Sequence record: PZ445517.1
Direction: 5' to 3' (one strand)
DNA length: 64,000 bases
Origin: a phage
In this document: piece after piece, positions 1 through 11,816 of the stretch
Layout: each line of letters opens with the position of its first letter
Position numbering within the stretch: the stretch's first letter is position 1
Position numbers and translations under genes: made by a program
The notes under the pieces: generated by a model
Database searches by the model: none
Seen by the model: the letters and a program-made list of their open reading frames with translations, nothing else
Told to the model about the DNA's origin: nothing

Positions 1-69
1 GGGCAAAATAAGGAAGGCCTGATTGCCAGCTTAAACATACTCCATCAATATCAGTTAAAATAGTAGGCT

Positions 70-528
70 TCATAAAGAGTCTCTTAATAGGTTTAACACA
101 TCAATAAATTCAGCTTCGGTTAGTATTGTATCATCTTTTGTTAGACCACTAGCCATGCTGTGCTTCAAAACTTTTCCTTTCGAGGCTTGTAATGCATCGC
201 GAAAGCCCCTATTTTGGATCGCTGCTTCAAAATATGCATTTGTGTATAATTCTTTCCACGCTGGGGAGTATCTTGAAAATGGAACTCCAAGCCAGAAGAG
301 GGTCCCACGGTCCTGAGCTCTAGCATAAGACCTTCCAGCTTGTTGGGCGGCAAGCCCAGATAACCCAAATATACGACGTTGTTGTTCAACGTTTTTCACC
401 TTGCATCCTTGGAGGAATCCTTCAAGACCTCCAAATTGAATACCATCCATAACGAAAGGCCAATGGGCGAAATTACTTAATGCGCATGATGGCCACCTAA
501 AATTGCTTCTAATCTCTAACTCAGACAT
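70..528 (-). CDS. NADAR/YbiA-like (DUF1768-like) protein in gene 30.x region
   Basis: ORF in track (70..534); first ATG at 528. Motifs LSNFAHWP and EGFLQGCK resemble the YbiA/NADAR family from memory; not verified by search. Confidence 0.4.
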   Translation of the reverse strand: MSELEIRSNFRWPSCALSNFAHWPFVMDGIQFGGLEGFLQGCKVKNVEQQRRIFGLSGLAAQQAGRSYARAQDRGTLFWLGVPFSRYSPAWKELYTNAYFEAAIQNRGFRDALQASKGKVLKHSMASGLTKDDTILTEAEFIDVLNLLRDSL

Positions 529-727
529 TTTCAATGCTTATAATTTCAACATCAGCCCAATGACCATAGCAAGGAAGACGAAATTCAACTGGCCAGTTAG
601 GGTCCTTTTCTAATATAATAGACTCAACTTGTGGTTCTTCGTGTTCATCAGTATACGGATTTTTATCTGTTACTTTATATGTGACCTTAATGTACTGAAT
701 TCCAAAAATCTTATTAATTATATTCAT
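521..727 (-). CDS. hypothetical protein (30.x region)
   Basis: 68-aa ORF packed head-to-tail with neighbours on the early strand; start approximate. Confidence 0.35.
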   Translation of the reverse strand: MNIINKIFGIQYIKVTYKVTDKNPYTDEHEEPQVESIILEKDPNWPVEFRLPCYGHWADVEIISIENV

Positions 728-921
728 ACTAATTCCTTTAATCCGTAGATAGGAGATAATTCATCGCCCATATGAAGGTCTTCATTTCCATCTACCCAAG
801 AAACAATATAAGCCTCTTTTATTTGAATACCACTCCATTTAAACGGAGGTAGAACCTTAGAAATTAATCCAGGTATACCAACTCCCTTTAATTCAACGGT
901 TTGACCTAAAAAGAATTTCAT
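724..921 (-). CDS. hypothetical protein (30.x region)
   Basis: 65-aa ORF, 4-nt overlap with neighbours typical of T4 early operons. Confidence 0.35.
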   Translation of the reverse strand: MKFFLGQTVELKGVGIPGLISKVLPPFKWSGIQIKEAYIVSWVDGNEDLHMGDELSPIYGLKELV

Positions 922-1208
922 TAGAACCTCATCTGAAAACCGTGCGATTTAACATTACCGCCATTAATATCAGAACTATTAATTTCGCGTGCAATTGAGG
1001 GATCAATGTCAATTTCACGATTGAGTTTAGCGATAGCTAGAGTATCACGCCCATTTACAGTACGAAACTCTAAAGGGCAGACTGCATTAACATAGTTTTT
1101 AATCGATTCACTGGTAGGTTGCAAATGAGCAGGAAGGTCTTTAGGCGCCTTAGAGAAAACCACTTCACAGAAATTTTTGCGGGTATCAAAATAAGTAGTC
1201 ATAAACAT
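921..1208 (-). CDS. hypothetical protein (30.x region)
   Basis: ORF 921..1259 in track; ATG at 1208 preceded by AGGAA RBS and a GGGGCUUCGGCCCC hairpin, so the shorter start is preferred. Confidence 0.4.
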   Translation of the reverse strand: MFMTTYFDTRKNFCEVVFSKAPKDLPAHLQPTSESIKNYVNAVCPLEFRTVNGRDTLAIAKLNREIDIDPSIAREINSSDINGGNVKSHGFQMRF

Positions 1209-1248
1209 AGTATTTTCCTCAGTAAGGGGCCGAAGCCCCTGTTTTATT

Positions 1249-1605
1249 TTAAATATCAAATTCGTTAAGAACTACATCAAAGATTGCTTCAAGATGCTCA
1301 GGTTTAGCTCTGTTACTCAAAATATGACGAATCCAAGTTTTAACCAGAAGCTTACGATTGACGCCATTCCAGCAAGGATGAGTCCCTAAATCACGTTGAC
1401 GAAAATCATCATCTAATGCGATTTTAAAAGAAGAACCTTCTTTCGTGATTGAAACCGTGATGCCATTTTCAAATCGCATATAAACGTAGTTAGGAGTCAT
1501 ATACTGTTCAATTTCGCATTTCGCATACTGATCCATTTTGATGTTTCCAAAGGCAGATAGTATCAATAGAACCTGCAATACCGTTAGAAACATATTTACG
1601 TTCAA
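1249..1605 (-). CDS. hypothetical protein (30.x region)
   Basis: 118-aa ORF on early strand. Confidence 0.4.
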   Translation of the reverse strand: MNVNMFLTVLQVLLILSAFGNIKMDQYAKCEIEQYMTPNYVYMRFENGITVSITKEGSSFKIALDDDFRQRDLGTHPCWNGVNRKLLVKTWIRHILSNRAKPEHLEAIFDVVLNEFDI

Positions 1606-1689
1606 AGTTGATGTAGTTCATTTTTATTCTCCGAGATGTTTAATTGCGGTACAGATATATAATATCATATCCTGTACCAAAGTAAACAA

Positions 1690-2022
1690 TTATTTTACTA
1701 CTTTCCAATGCTTCATGTCAAGTTTACCAACTTTTTTCATCTTCTCAATTAAGCGTTCGGCACGTTGGCGAGCTGTAACATAATACCATTCACCTAATTC
1801 ATTTTGTTCAATTTTTCCAACGATTACTGTATTCAATTCATAAATCCAACCAGTAAAGAAATTATGAACTTGGATTGTAAAGGTGAAATCTGTTCCCATA
1901 CCTTCTGTTGTTTCTACTTCAATAATATCACCTTCAACTGCCATTAAGAACCACATAGTTTCATCATATTTACCATTGAAGCATTTAGTTTTAACTGTAG
2001 CGTTCAGATTAATCGTTTTCAT
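1690..2022 (-). CDS. hypothetical protein (30.x region)
   Basis: 110-aa ORF directly downstream of an early promoter at 2050-2079. Confidence 0.45.
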   Translation of the reverse strand: MKTINLNATVKTKCFNGKYDETMWFLMAVEGDIIEVETTEGMGTDFTFTIQVHNFFTGWIYELNTVIVGKIEQNELGEWYYVTARQRAERLIEKMKKVGKLDMKHWKVVK

Positions 2023-2049
2023 TTTATTCTCCTTTGTTTGTGTAAGATA

Positions 2050-2079
2050 ATACTATCACAAAGGAACCGTACTGTAAAC
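2050..2079 (-). promoter_or_regulatory. phage early promoter (GTTTAC -35, 17-bp spacer, TAGTAT -10)
   Basis: Minus strand reads GTTTACAGTACGGTTCCTTTGTGATAGTAT; follows terminator 2102-2127. Confidence 0.5.
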
Positions 2080-2101
2080 AACTTTGTGCAATCTTTGGAA
2101 A

Positions 2102-2127
2102 ATAAAAAAGGACTCCCGAAGGAGTCC
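2102..2127 (-). terminator. intrinsic terminator
   Basis: GGACUCC-UUCG-GGAGUCC hairpin + U-run on minus transcript. Confidence 0.6.
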
Positions 2128-2132
2128 TCAAC

Positions 2133-2351
2133 TTATGCTTTCTGCTTACCAAAACGAGAAGCATCATCTCGAAGAACCGCACGTGCTCGGCGCATGATCT
2201 TCTCAACAGTTTGATTGATACGAGAGTTCGACCCACGCTTGTAACCAGCGCGTTTAGAATCACCAACTTTCTTTTCAACTGCTTTCTTTGCTTTAGCTTG
2301 TTTTGCCATTATAAATTCTCTTTTAAATGAAAATGCAGGACTTATTGGCAT
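2133..2351 (-). CDS. small Lys/Arg-rich basic protein
   Basis: ORF ends just before terminator hairpin 2110-2127; internal ATG (MAKQAKAKK...) is an alternative start; strongly basic composition. Confidence 0.4.
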   Translation of the reverse strand: MPISPAFSFKREFIMAKQAKAKKAVEKKVGDSKRAGYKRGSNSRINQTVEKIMRRARAVLRDDASRFGKQKA

Positions 2352-2596
2352 TGCCTGCGCAAGCCCTCAAGGGGAACATAGGTTTTGAATATTTACCGAC
2401 AGGATAACCATAAACCTCGTCAACATACCACCAAGACTTACACAGATAACACTTTTCTGACGCATGATAGTAACATTCAAGAGGTACACCATAAAACTGC
2501 CGGGGTCTTAAAACTATAATGATTCGCAAATCATTAATCAGACAGTTCGATGGCTCCTCGATTTAGCTCACACTAAGGCAGTGAATCTCCAATAAA

Positions 2597-2845
2597 TTAC
2601 TTCAGTGTTACCACAAAGTGACGAACTGCTTTTCGTGCAGCAGAAGCCAAAGGCTTAGCATATTTAAGTTCATCTTTTTCCTGAAGCTCAGCAGCTAATG
2701 CAGTTTGAGCAGGATTCAGATGTTTGAAATAACGCAGGATTTCAAGAGCTTCGGCTTCAACATCAATAGATGCGCCATAGTTTTCGTGACCATTATTCCA
2801 TGCGTTTCGTTGCAGTTCAAGAGCGTGTTGTAATTGTTTAATCAT
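2597..2845 (-). CDS. rIII: rIII lysis-inhibition accessory protein
   Basis: 82 aa; sequence and position (next to 31) match recalled T4 rIII. Confidence 0.85.
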   Translation of the reverse strand: MIKQLQHALELQRNAWNNGHENYGASIDVEAEALEILRYFKHLNPAQTALAAELQEKDELKYAKPLASAARKAVRHFVVTLK

Positions 2846-2992
2846 TTAAAAATTCTCGTTAGAGATTAAAACTCGGTAGTCACGTTCTTCTGAATTTCAT
2901 CTTCTTTCGACAGATCTCTCAGTTGTAGACTACCACATAGAATTGTTCGGTTAACTTATTATTCCGACATCCAATTCATATTATTATTTATA

Positions 2993-3328
2993 TCACTTAT
3001 AAAGACACGGAATAGCTTTATAGTGACAGGTAACGAATTTTTGTTTAATTTCTTTTGGCTGCTTAAGACCCAGAGCTACAAAAGGATGCGGAACATTTCG
3101 AATTTGACCAACTGGAAGAGAAGTCAAATCACCAACTTCGCAGAAACCTTCAGGAACATCAGGACCGACAGAGTGAACTACACACAGTTCAGGAACTTCA
3201 CCTTGGACACGTTTACCGATAATAAGTCCTGATTCTGTAACTTCTTCATCACCCGCCTGTGCGGGTTCAGAAACTAAAATAACATATTCACCGACAGCAC
3301 GAATTGGTAGCTGTTGTACTTCAGACAT
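2993..3328 (-). CDS. 31: gp31 co-chaperonin (GroES analogue for capsid folding)
   Basis: 111 aa, [19 protein letters not shown]... matches recalled T4 gp31; synteny with cd. Confidence 0.9.
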
Positions 3329-3384
3329 TGTTTTTCCTTTTTGTTAACAGATGAATTAATAATAACAAATAATTCTTAAAGCAT

Positions 3385-3693
3385 TTATTTACCAATAAAT
3401 TGAAGCAAATGCTCAACTTTCATACCATTAACGGAAATCAATTTGTCAATAGAAAAACCTCGCCATGCACCAAGCTCAACATCAAATACTGGAATCATAT
3501 CAGTAGATTCTTTCCGAGTAGATTCAGTTAATTTACCAGTTTGCATGGTTGGCATAAAGTCTGCGTCACGAGTACCTTTCATAGTACGAATAGTACCATC
3601 AGACTTTTCAAAAACTACGTTTGAAACACCCATGGACAATTTAGTTTTCAAAATTTCACGAATTGCTACTTTCTGCTCAGTTGTCAGTTTCAT
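3385..3693 (-). CDS. hypothetical protein (31.1 position)
   Basis: 102-aa ORF between 31 and cd. Confidence 0.45.
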   Translation of the reverse strand: MKLTTEQKVAIREILKTKLSMGVSNVVFEKSDGTIRTMKGTRDADFMPTMQTGKLTESTRKESTDMIPVFDVELGAWRGFSIDKLISVNGMKVEHLLQFIGK

Positions 3694-3930
3694 TTATTTA
3701 CCTATCACAGTTTTAATATGAGTTGTTCCACGTTCTTTAAGGGTGGAAAGTAATTTTTGGCATTTTTCTAAATCAGATTTCCAACTATATGGTCTATCAA
3801 TACTAGTCCAATCAGTTTTATAATACTGTTTCCATTTAGAGAAAAAATATTTCTTATACTCTACAGCAAATGAGATGTTCTCATTAGAATAAGAACTAAT
3901 TGCTGTGAGCTTTACCAAACGAAATTTCAT
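3694..3930 (-). CDS. hypothetical protein (31.2 position)
   Basis: 78-aa ORF, abuts cd stop. Confidence 0.45.
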   Translation of the reverse strand: MKFRLVKLTAISSYSNENISFAVEYKKYFFSKWKQYYKTDWTSIDRPYSWKSDLEKCQKLLSTLKERGTTHIKTVIGK

Positions 3931-4511
3931 TATTCACCACAGAATTCGTTGATATTTTCCCAGTTTAACTTATTCAAGTTTTTCTTAGGAACATTAAACA
4001 CTTCAATACCTGCATTTCGCAGAATATCATCCCAGCCAGGTTTATTTTTATCGTATGTTTCGCAATAAACCAGCTTTTTAATACCAGATTGAGCTATCGC
4101 TTTTGCACAATCTGGACAAGGAGAAAGTGTTACATACATAGTAGCACCTTCAATAGAAGAACCATTTCGTGCAGCAAACAAAATTGCATTTAGTTCAGCA
4201 TGAATTTCATTTTTAGACGACCATTCAGAGTGAGCGCTGCGATGTTCTTTCGCCAAGACAAAACGATCAGTTGAACAAAATGATACGCATTCAGGCTTAT
4301 GGCCTTGAATGATAGTGTGTTTAGGCTTATTCAACAACCAACCTTGCTCAGCGGCATAATCACAACAGTTCACACCACCAGCAGGTGAACCATTATATCC
4401 GGTAGAAATAATACGTCCATTCTTTTCAATTACTGCTCCTACCTTCCAGGAGCAGCATTTTGATTCTTGTGATACTAAATATGCAATTTGAAGTACTGTA
4501 CTCGCTTTCAT
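3930..4511 (-). CDS. cd: dCMP deaminase
   Basis: 193 aa; zinc-binding deaminase motifs (HAELNAI, PCPDCA); matches recalled T4 Cd. Confidence 0.9.
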   Translation of the reverse strand: MKASTVLQIAYLVSQESKCCSWKVGAVIEKNGRIISTGYNGSPAGGVNCCDYAAEQGWLLNKPKHTIIQGHKPECVSFCSTDRFVLAKEHRSAHSEWSSKNEIHAELNAILFAARNGSSIEGATMYVTLSPCPDCAKAIAQSGIKKLVYCETYDKNKPGWDDILRNAGIEVFNVPKKNLNKLNWENINEFCGE

Positions 4512-4846
4512 TTCATAATCACCAGATAAGCAGATTTAGCAGTTTCAACACGATAAATTTCATGACGAAGTTTAGTTATACTTTTAATAACAGAACTAAT
4601 TATATTCTGCCCATCTTTAAAGCGGTTTTTCTTATCAATAAAAATTGCGCCAGCCATCTTTTTGTGAAGCTCAACTGGATACTTCGTCACAATAATAGCA
4701 TCATACACAGAAGGATGAATACTGTTCACCAGAGTATCATTCATTAAAGTTATTCTAATGAACTGTGCTGTTTCAGAATCAAGCGCTCTATGATCGCCAG
4801 TATCATTTTCAAGACAATTATCAATTATATCAGTTAAATTCATCAT
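4508..4846 (-). CDS. hypothetical protein (cd.1 position)
   Basis: 112-aa ORF, 4-nt overlap with cd. Confidence 0.45.
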   Translation of the reverse strand: MMNLTDIIDNCLENDTGDHRALDSETAQFIRITLMNDTLVNSIHPSVYDAIIVTKYPVELHKKMAGAIFIDKKNRFKDGQNIISSVIKSITKLRHEIYRVETAKSAYLVIMK

Positions 4847-5079
4847 AGTACGCCATACACCCTTTGTGCTTCAACTAATCCATCAAAATCCAATTTGAGA
4901 TGTGTTATTTGGTCACCATCACCTGGATTCACAATTACTAATACTGAACGAGGAGTCTCGGTAATAACACGAACCGATGTTTCAGGAAATCGTTCAGAAA
5001 CCTTATTTACCAATTCTTGAGCAAATAGTTTAACTTTTTCTTGGAATTCTTTAACAGTAATTGGTTTTTCGCTTAGCAT
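4843..5079 (-). CDS. hypothetical protein (cd.2 position)
   Basis: 78-aa ORF. Confidence 0.45.
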   Translation of the reverse strand: MLSEKPITVKEFQEKVKLFAQELVNKVSERFPETSVRVITETPRSVLVIVNPGDGDQITHLKLDFDGLVEAQRVYGVL

Positions 5080-5600
5080 GTTGATCCCAGCTCCTTACTT
5101 TCAACGTTTTTAACTAATTTGACAGAAACTAATTCGGCATCTTGGGTAATCATTACCGGGCCTTCTTCATACTCTTCAAGATATTCTAGAGCTTTCTTTT
5201 TAGCTTCTTCCTTCGTATCAGTTTGAGCATAGATATAGAACATACAACCAGTAATACCTACTACTTTCCACTTAATTTCTTTATCAGCTTTAATTTCAAA
5301 TTTACTGACAGAATCATCTTTTTGAACTTCTTCGAAAAAAGAATATTCTAACATATAAGCAATTGAAAATAACGGGCTAACTTTATAGGATTCGCCCATT
5401 ACATCAACAGCTTTATACCAGCAATCGTCAATTTCGCGTTTAATGCTAATAACATTTTTCGCAGGATCTATTTTTACTTTAAATGAATTTTCCCCAATAA
5501 ACTGGGCAATTCGTTTATTAGCCCCACAAGTTTCATTAAAAATATCTTTATATCCAGCTTTAAAGCGATAAACCTTACCTTCTTCAAACCATTCGCTCAT
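5073..5600 (-). CDS. hypothetical protein (cd.3 position)
   Basis: 175-aa ORF downstream of early promoter 5631-5660. Confidence 0.45.
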   Translation of the reverse strand: MSEWFEEGKVYRFKAGYKDIFNETCGANKRIAQFIGENSFKVKIDPAKNVISIKREIDDCWYKAVDVMGESYKVSPLFSIAYMLEYSFFEEVQKDDSVSKFEIKADKEIKWKVVGITGCMFYIYAQTDTKEEAKKKALEYLEEYEEGPVMITQDAELVSVKLVKNVESKELGSTC

Positions 5601-5630
5601 TTCAATTTCCTCATTTGTTTTGGTAGAGCT

Positions 5631-5660
5631 ATAATATCACAACTCTACCGTAAAGTAAAC
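5631..5660 (-). promoter_or_regulatory. phage early promoter
   Basis: GTTTAC -35 and TATTAT -10 with about 17-bp spacing on minus strand. Confidence 0.45.
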
Positions 5661-5662
5661 TA

Positions 5663-5938
5663 TTAAATTGCTTTGAATTCTGATGTCTGTGATTCAAAAC
5701 GAATATCGCCTTTGATAACTAACTCAGCATCAAGACCAAATACGACAATGATATGCGCAGAACCTGAATACAGCGTAATGGCGATAGAATCCACCTGGTC
5801 TGGAAGCAAAGTGTTCAATACATGAGTCACTTGAGCATGAATTCGAAGCTCAGCTGCGTTATCAAGCTTTTCAAACATATTATTAGCGATAATTTGGCTA
5901 AACACTACTTCTACGATTTTAGAATAAGTCGGAAACAT
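5663..5938 (-). CDS. hypothetical protein (cd.4 position)
   Basis: 91-aa ORF. Confidence 0.45.
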   Translation of the reverse strand: MFPTYSKIVEVVFSQIIANNMFEKLDNAAELRIHAQVTHVLNTLLPDQVDSIAITLYSGSAHIIVVFGLDAELVIKGDIRFESQTSEFKAI

Positions 5939-5940
5939 AT

Positions 5941-6141
5941 TTACCTCACATAATTTTCTTCAAGCCAATCAATAACATCCAACGCATTATCAAAAGTTGA
6001 ACCATCTACTTTGTCTTCTGTTTCATAATCAAGAACATCTAAACCTACTCTTCCATCAACAATAGGCCATAAACAAAATAGATATTTCTTTTCTTTTTCA
6101 ATCTTATCACAAAGACGATAAATCTTTTCTATGTTATTCAT
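5941..6141 (-). CDS. hypothetical protein (cd.5 position)
   Basis: 66-aa ORF. Confidence 0.4.
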   Translation of the reverse strand: MNNIEKIYRLCDKIEKEKKYLFCLWPIVDGRVGLDVLDYETEDKVDGSTFDNALDVIDWLEENYVR

Positions 6142-6330
6142 AAGTTTTCCATGGTAAAGGCAGTTTAGTTTTCTTTACTGTTAGTTCAGCATCAGGATTC
6201 TTTTCTCTTAATTTAAGGCATTCCTCCCAAGCTCTGATTTCACTAGTGAATATACAAAATTGCCCATTACTAGTACCAACTAAACCACTATTTACAATAA
6301 CAATAGCCCAAGTTTCATGATGCCAAGCCA

Positions 6331-6331
<1 letters not shown>
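6134..6331 (-). CDS. hypothetical protein
   Basis: 65-aa ORF abutting pseT stop. Confidence 0.4.
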
Positions 6332-7552
<1,221 letters not shown>

Positions 7553-7556
<4 letters not shown>

Positions 7557-7783
7557 TTATTTTTCTCAACCAATGATTGAATATAATCATGCAGGTCTTT
7601 AGATGCTTTGCCCCACTTATTTTGATATTCATTTTTGAGATTAGCACGTGATTGAGCTAATAAAACATCATTAGTTGGAGGTAAAGATTCTAATCGTTGA
7701 ATCTGGCGTCCATAAATCATTGCAGCCATCTCAGATTCATAAATCAATCCTTTGAGATGTTCAAATTGATGCCATGAAATCAT
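7553..7783 (-). CDS. hypothetical protein (pseT.2 position)
   Basis: 76-aa ORF. Confidence 0.45.
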
Positions 7784-8079
7784 TTACATTTATCCTCTTT
7801 TAGCTCTTGACGATAATAACATATCATAGTTTTTTGGTCATGTACATATCGTTTTACATCATTAAGCCAAATGCGAAATTCCTGGGAATCTTCAAATGGC
7901 ATACCGACCCAAGCTTTGCCATCAATAACTTTAACTTGCCAAGATAGTTTAGCTTCGTCATATGACTTTATTTGCACAGGCCAATTAGGATGAACTGTTT
8001 CTTTCTTTACTTCTAGAGGCTTTGTCGAACAACCAACTAGAAGACCAATAGATAATATTACTGCTGATAGTTTAATCAT
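7780..8079 (-). CDS. putative lipoprotein (pseT.3 position)
   Basis: N-terminal signal peptide ending in lipobox LLVGC. Confidence 0.45.
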   Translation of the reverse strand: MIKLSAVILSIGLLVGCSTKPLEVKKETVHPNWPVQIKSYDEAKLSWQVKVIDGKAWVGMPFEDSQEFRIWLNDVKRYVHDQKTMICYYRQELKEDKCK

Positions 8080-8429
8080 TTAGAAAGGTCCTGGATGTCT
8101 TCTGCGAACTTGTTGAAGGAGTTGTTGATTTGTTTTTCAACCAATCCTGGCTTATGAGCCACCACATCCGCCTTCTTTGCATCTTTGCGCAGTTTTTCAT
8201 TTTCACGCTCAATAGCAGCAATTGCCTCACGATTTTTATTATTCATCGCATCAATATAATTATACTGAATTCGCAAATTATCTAATGCTAAAGCGTTTTC
8301 ATTGGCCGTTTTTGTAATTTCAGTAACCGATGTTTCTAATCTTTCTACCTTATTTTTTAAAATAATAGATGTTCCGCCAAATGCTATTACAAGTAATAGC
8401 AATCCAGCTGTAAAATTACTTACATGCAT
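8076..8429 (-). CDS. putative membrane-anchored coiled-coil protein
   Basis: 117 aa; N-terminal hydrophobic helix then charged helical region. Confidence 0.4.
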   Translation of the reverse strand: MHVSNFTAGLLLLVIAFGGTSIILKNKVERLETSVTEITKTANENALALDNLRIQYNYIDAMNNKNREAIAAIERENEKLRKDAKKADVVAHKPGLVEKQINNSFNKFAEDIQDLSK

Positions 8430-8926
8430 AAAGTTTTAATAACCTCTACAATATCGTCTTGAGAAAGACCGTTAATTAAAATATGATGTTCAGCTGGAGA
8501 TTTAGAAATTTTAAAGCATGCCTCAACATCTTCTGCCATATCTGATGCACTACGATTTGGATTACTAATTCCAAGACGATGTTTTCCCGTCAAAGGATTA
8601 ACGATGATGTAGCATTTACAGCTATTAATGTGAACATTAGGTTGAGTCTGATTAATGAATACTTCACAATCGTATTTCGCAAGCTGATTTTCTAAAAAGA
8701 CTTTCATCTCCTCAACCGCATCAGGAAGCATATCACGGGCTTGCTCAAGACGACGATTTCGATATTCTTTAATGGTCGTTTTCCGCTTGACTTGCTTAGC
8801 TAAATCTTTCTTAAGATCGGTGATATATCCAACTCGACGATTTCCTTTAAATACAGAAATCCCATCTGTAGTATCACCGTATGCTTCAACGACCATTTCA
8901 GTAGTAATAAGCTGTAAATCCATCAT
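8420..8926 (-). CDS. alc: Alc, inhibitor of host transcription on dC-DNA
   Basis: 168 aa (T4 Alc about 167) between pseT and rnlA; early promoter immediately upstream (8955-8984). Called on size and position. Confidence 0.75.
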   Translation of the reverse strand: MMDLQLITTEMVVEAYGDTTDGISVFKGNRRVGYITDLKKDLAKQVKRKTTIKEYRNRRLEQARDMLPDAVEEMKVFLENQLAKYDCEVFINQTQPNVHINSCKCYIIVNPLTGKHRLGISNPNRSASDMAEDVEACFKISKSPAEHHILINGLSQDDIVEVIKTLCM

Positions 8927-8954
8927 AAAGTCCTCATGTTATGTCAGTAAGTCT

Positions 8955-8984
8955 ACTATAACACAACATGAGGGACTTGTAAAC
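8955..8984 (-). promoter_or_regulatory. phage early promoter upstream of alc
   Basis: GTTTACA -35 + 17 bp + TATAGT -10. Confidence 0.5.
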
Positions 8985-8987
8985 AGC

Positions 8988-10575
<1,588 letters not shown>

Positions 10576-10602
10576 AATAAAATGGGCCTTGCGGCCCACT
10601 CC

Positions 10603-11781
10603 TTAAAAATATTTTTTAAAACTCATCATAACTTTATCATCAACATCATTATCAATCTGTGCTACAAGGTAAGATGACAGTTCTACTTCTTGCGGCGCGG
10701 ATTGAACATTATCAGAATTAAGGTATTCACGAATCCAAGGATATGGATGTTTAACCGGAGCATCGGTAATTGGGCATGGAAGACCGCACTGTTTCATACG
10801 AGATACAGTTAAGTAATCAATAAAGCTCCACATGCTATTTGTATTTAATCCAGGAACATCACCATCTTTAAATAAATGAACTGCCCAATCTTTTTCTTGG
10901 CGGTTAACTTCCATGAAAATATCAACTGCTTCTTGTTCACACTCTTGGGCAATTTTAACCCATTCATCACCATCAATGCCAAGTTGAAGTTGACGAATAA
11001 TATATTGTGTACCTTTAAGATGAAGTTGCTCATCACGCGCAATGAACTTCATAATCTTGGCATTACCTTCCATAATTTCCATGTTCTTATGGAAGTTAAA
11101 GGTACAGGCGAAAGATACGTAAAAACGAATAGCTTCCAATGCATTGATTACATGAAGGCAAAGATAAAGAGATTTCATTAGTGCTCGTTTAGCTTCGGCT
11201 TCTTGTTTAATAGCTCGATTTAAACGAAAATCAGCATCAGGAGATTCTTTAGCTAGTTCTACAAATTCTTTAGCATTTTCCCATTCACGGGTCTTCTTAA
11301 GAACATCATCGTAATAGCGACCAATGGACTCAGCGCGTTTCATAATATCTTCATCTAATACAATCTCATCAAATACCTTTGACGGATCAGTATAAAGATT
11401 TCGCATGATATGGGTATATGAACGGCTGTGAATAGTTTCACTAAAAGTCCATGTAGCAACCCATGTATCAAGACTTGGGTCTGAAATTAACGACATAAGT
11501 ACAGCAGACGGTGCACGACCCTGAATGCTATCTAGAAGTGATTGATACTTCAGGTTATTAGTAAAAATATCTTGCTGATACTGAGGAAGCTTGTTAAATT
11601 GTGCAGCATCCATCATTAAGTTTACTTCTTCAGGACGCCAGAAAAATGATAATTGCTTTTCGGTTAAATCTTCAAAAACTTTATGGCGTTGAATATCATA
11701 ACGCGCAATACCAAGACCTGAACCGAAGAACATAGGTTCTTTTAAAACATCAACTGGATTTGTATTAAAAACTGTAGACAT
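10603..11781 (-). CDS. nrdB: ribonucleotide reductase small subunit (class Ia), continuous
   Basis: 392-aa diiron-tyrosyl radical protein; single continuous ORF with no intron interruption. Confidence 0.9.
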   Translation of the reverse strand: MSTVFNTNPVDVLKEPMFFGSGLGIARYDIQRHKVFEDLTEKQLSFFWRPEEVNLMMDAAQFNKLPQYQQDIFTNNLKYQSLLDSIQGRAPSAVLMSLISDPSLDTWVATWTFSETIHSRSYTHIMRNLYTDPSKVFDEIVLDEDIMKRAESIGRYYDDVLKKTREWENAKEFVELAKESPDADFRLNRAIKQEAEAKRALMKSLYLCLHVINALEAIRFYVSFACTFNFHKNMEIMEGNAKIMKFIARDEQLHLKGTQYIIRQLQLGIDGDEWVKIAQECEQEAVDIFMEVNRQEKDWAVHLFKDGDVPGLNTNSMWSFIDYLTVSRMKQCGLPCPITDAPVKHPYPWIREYLNSDNVQSAPQEVELSSYLVAQIDNDVDDKVMMSFKKYF

Positions 11782-11816
11782 ATTATTCTCGCTTATTATA
11801 GGTTTAAATTATTTAA

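Noticed and set aside
2024-2278. 84-aa minus-strand ORF overlapping terminator and promoter at 2050-2127
   Set aside because: Runs through a terminator hairpin and promoter; the overlapping basic-protein ORF (2133..2351) ends cleanly before the terminator.
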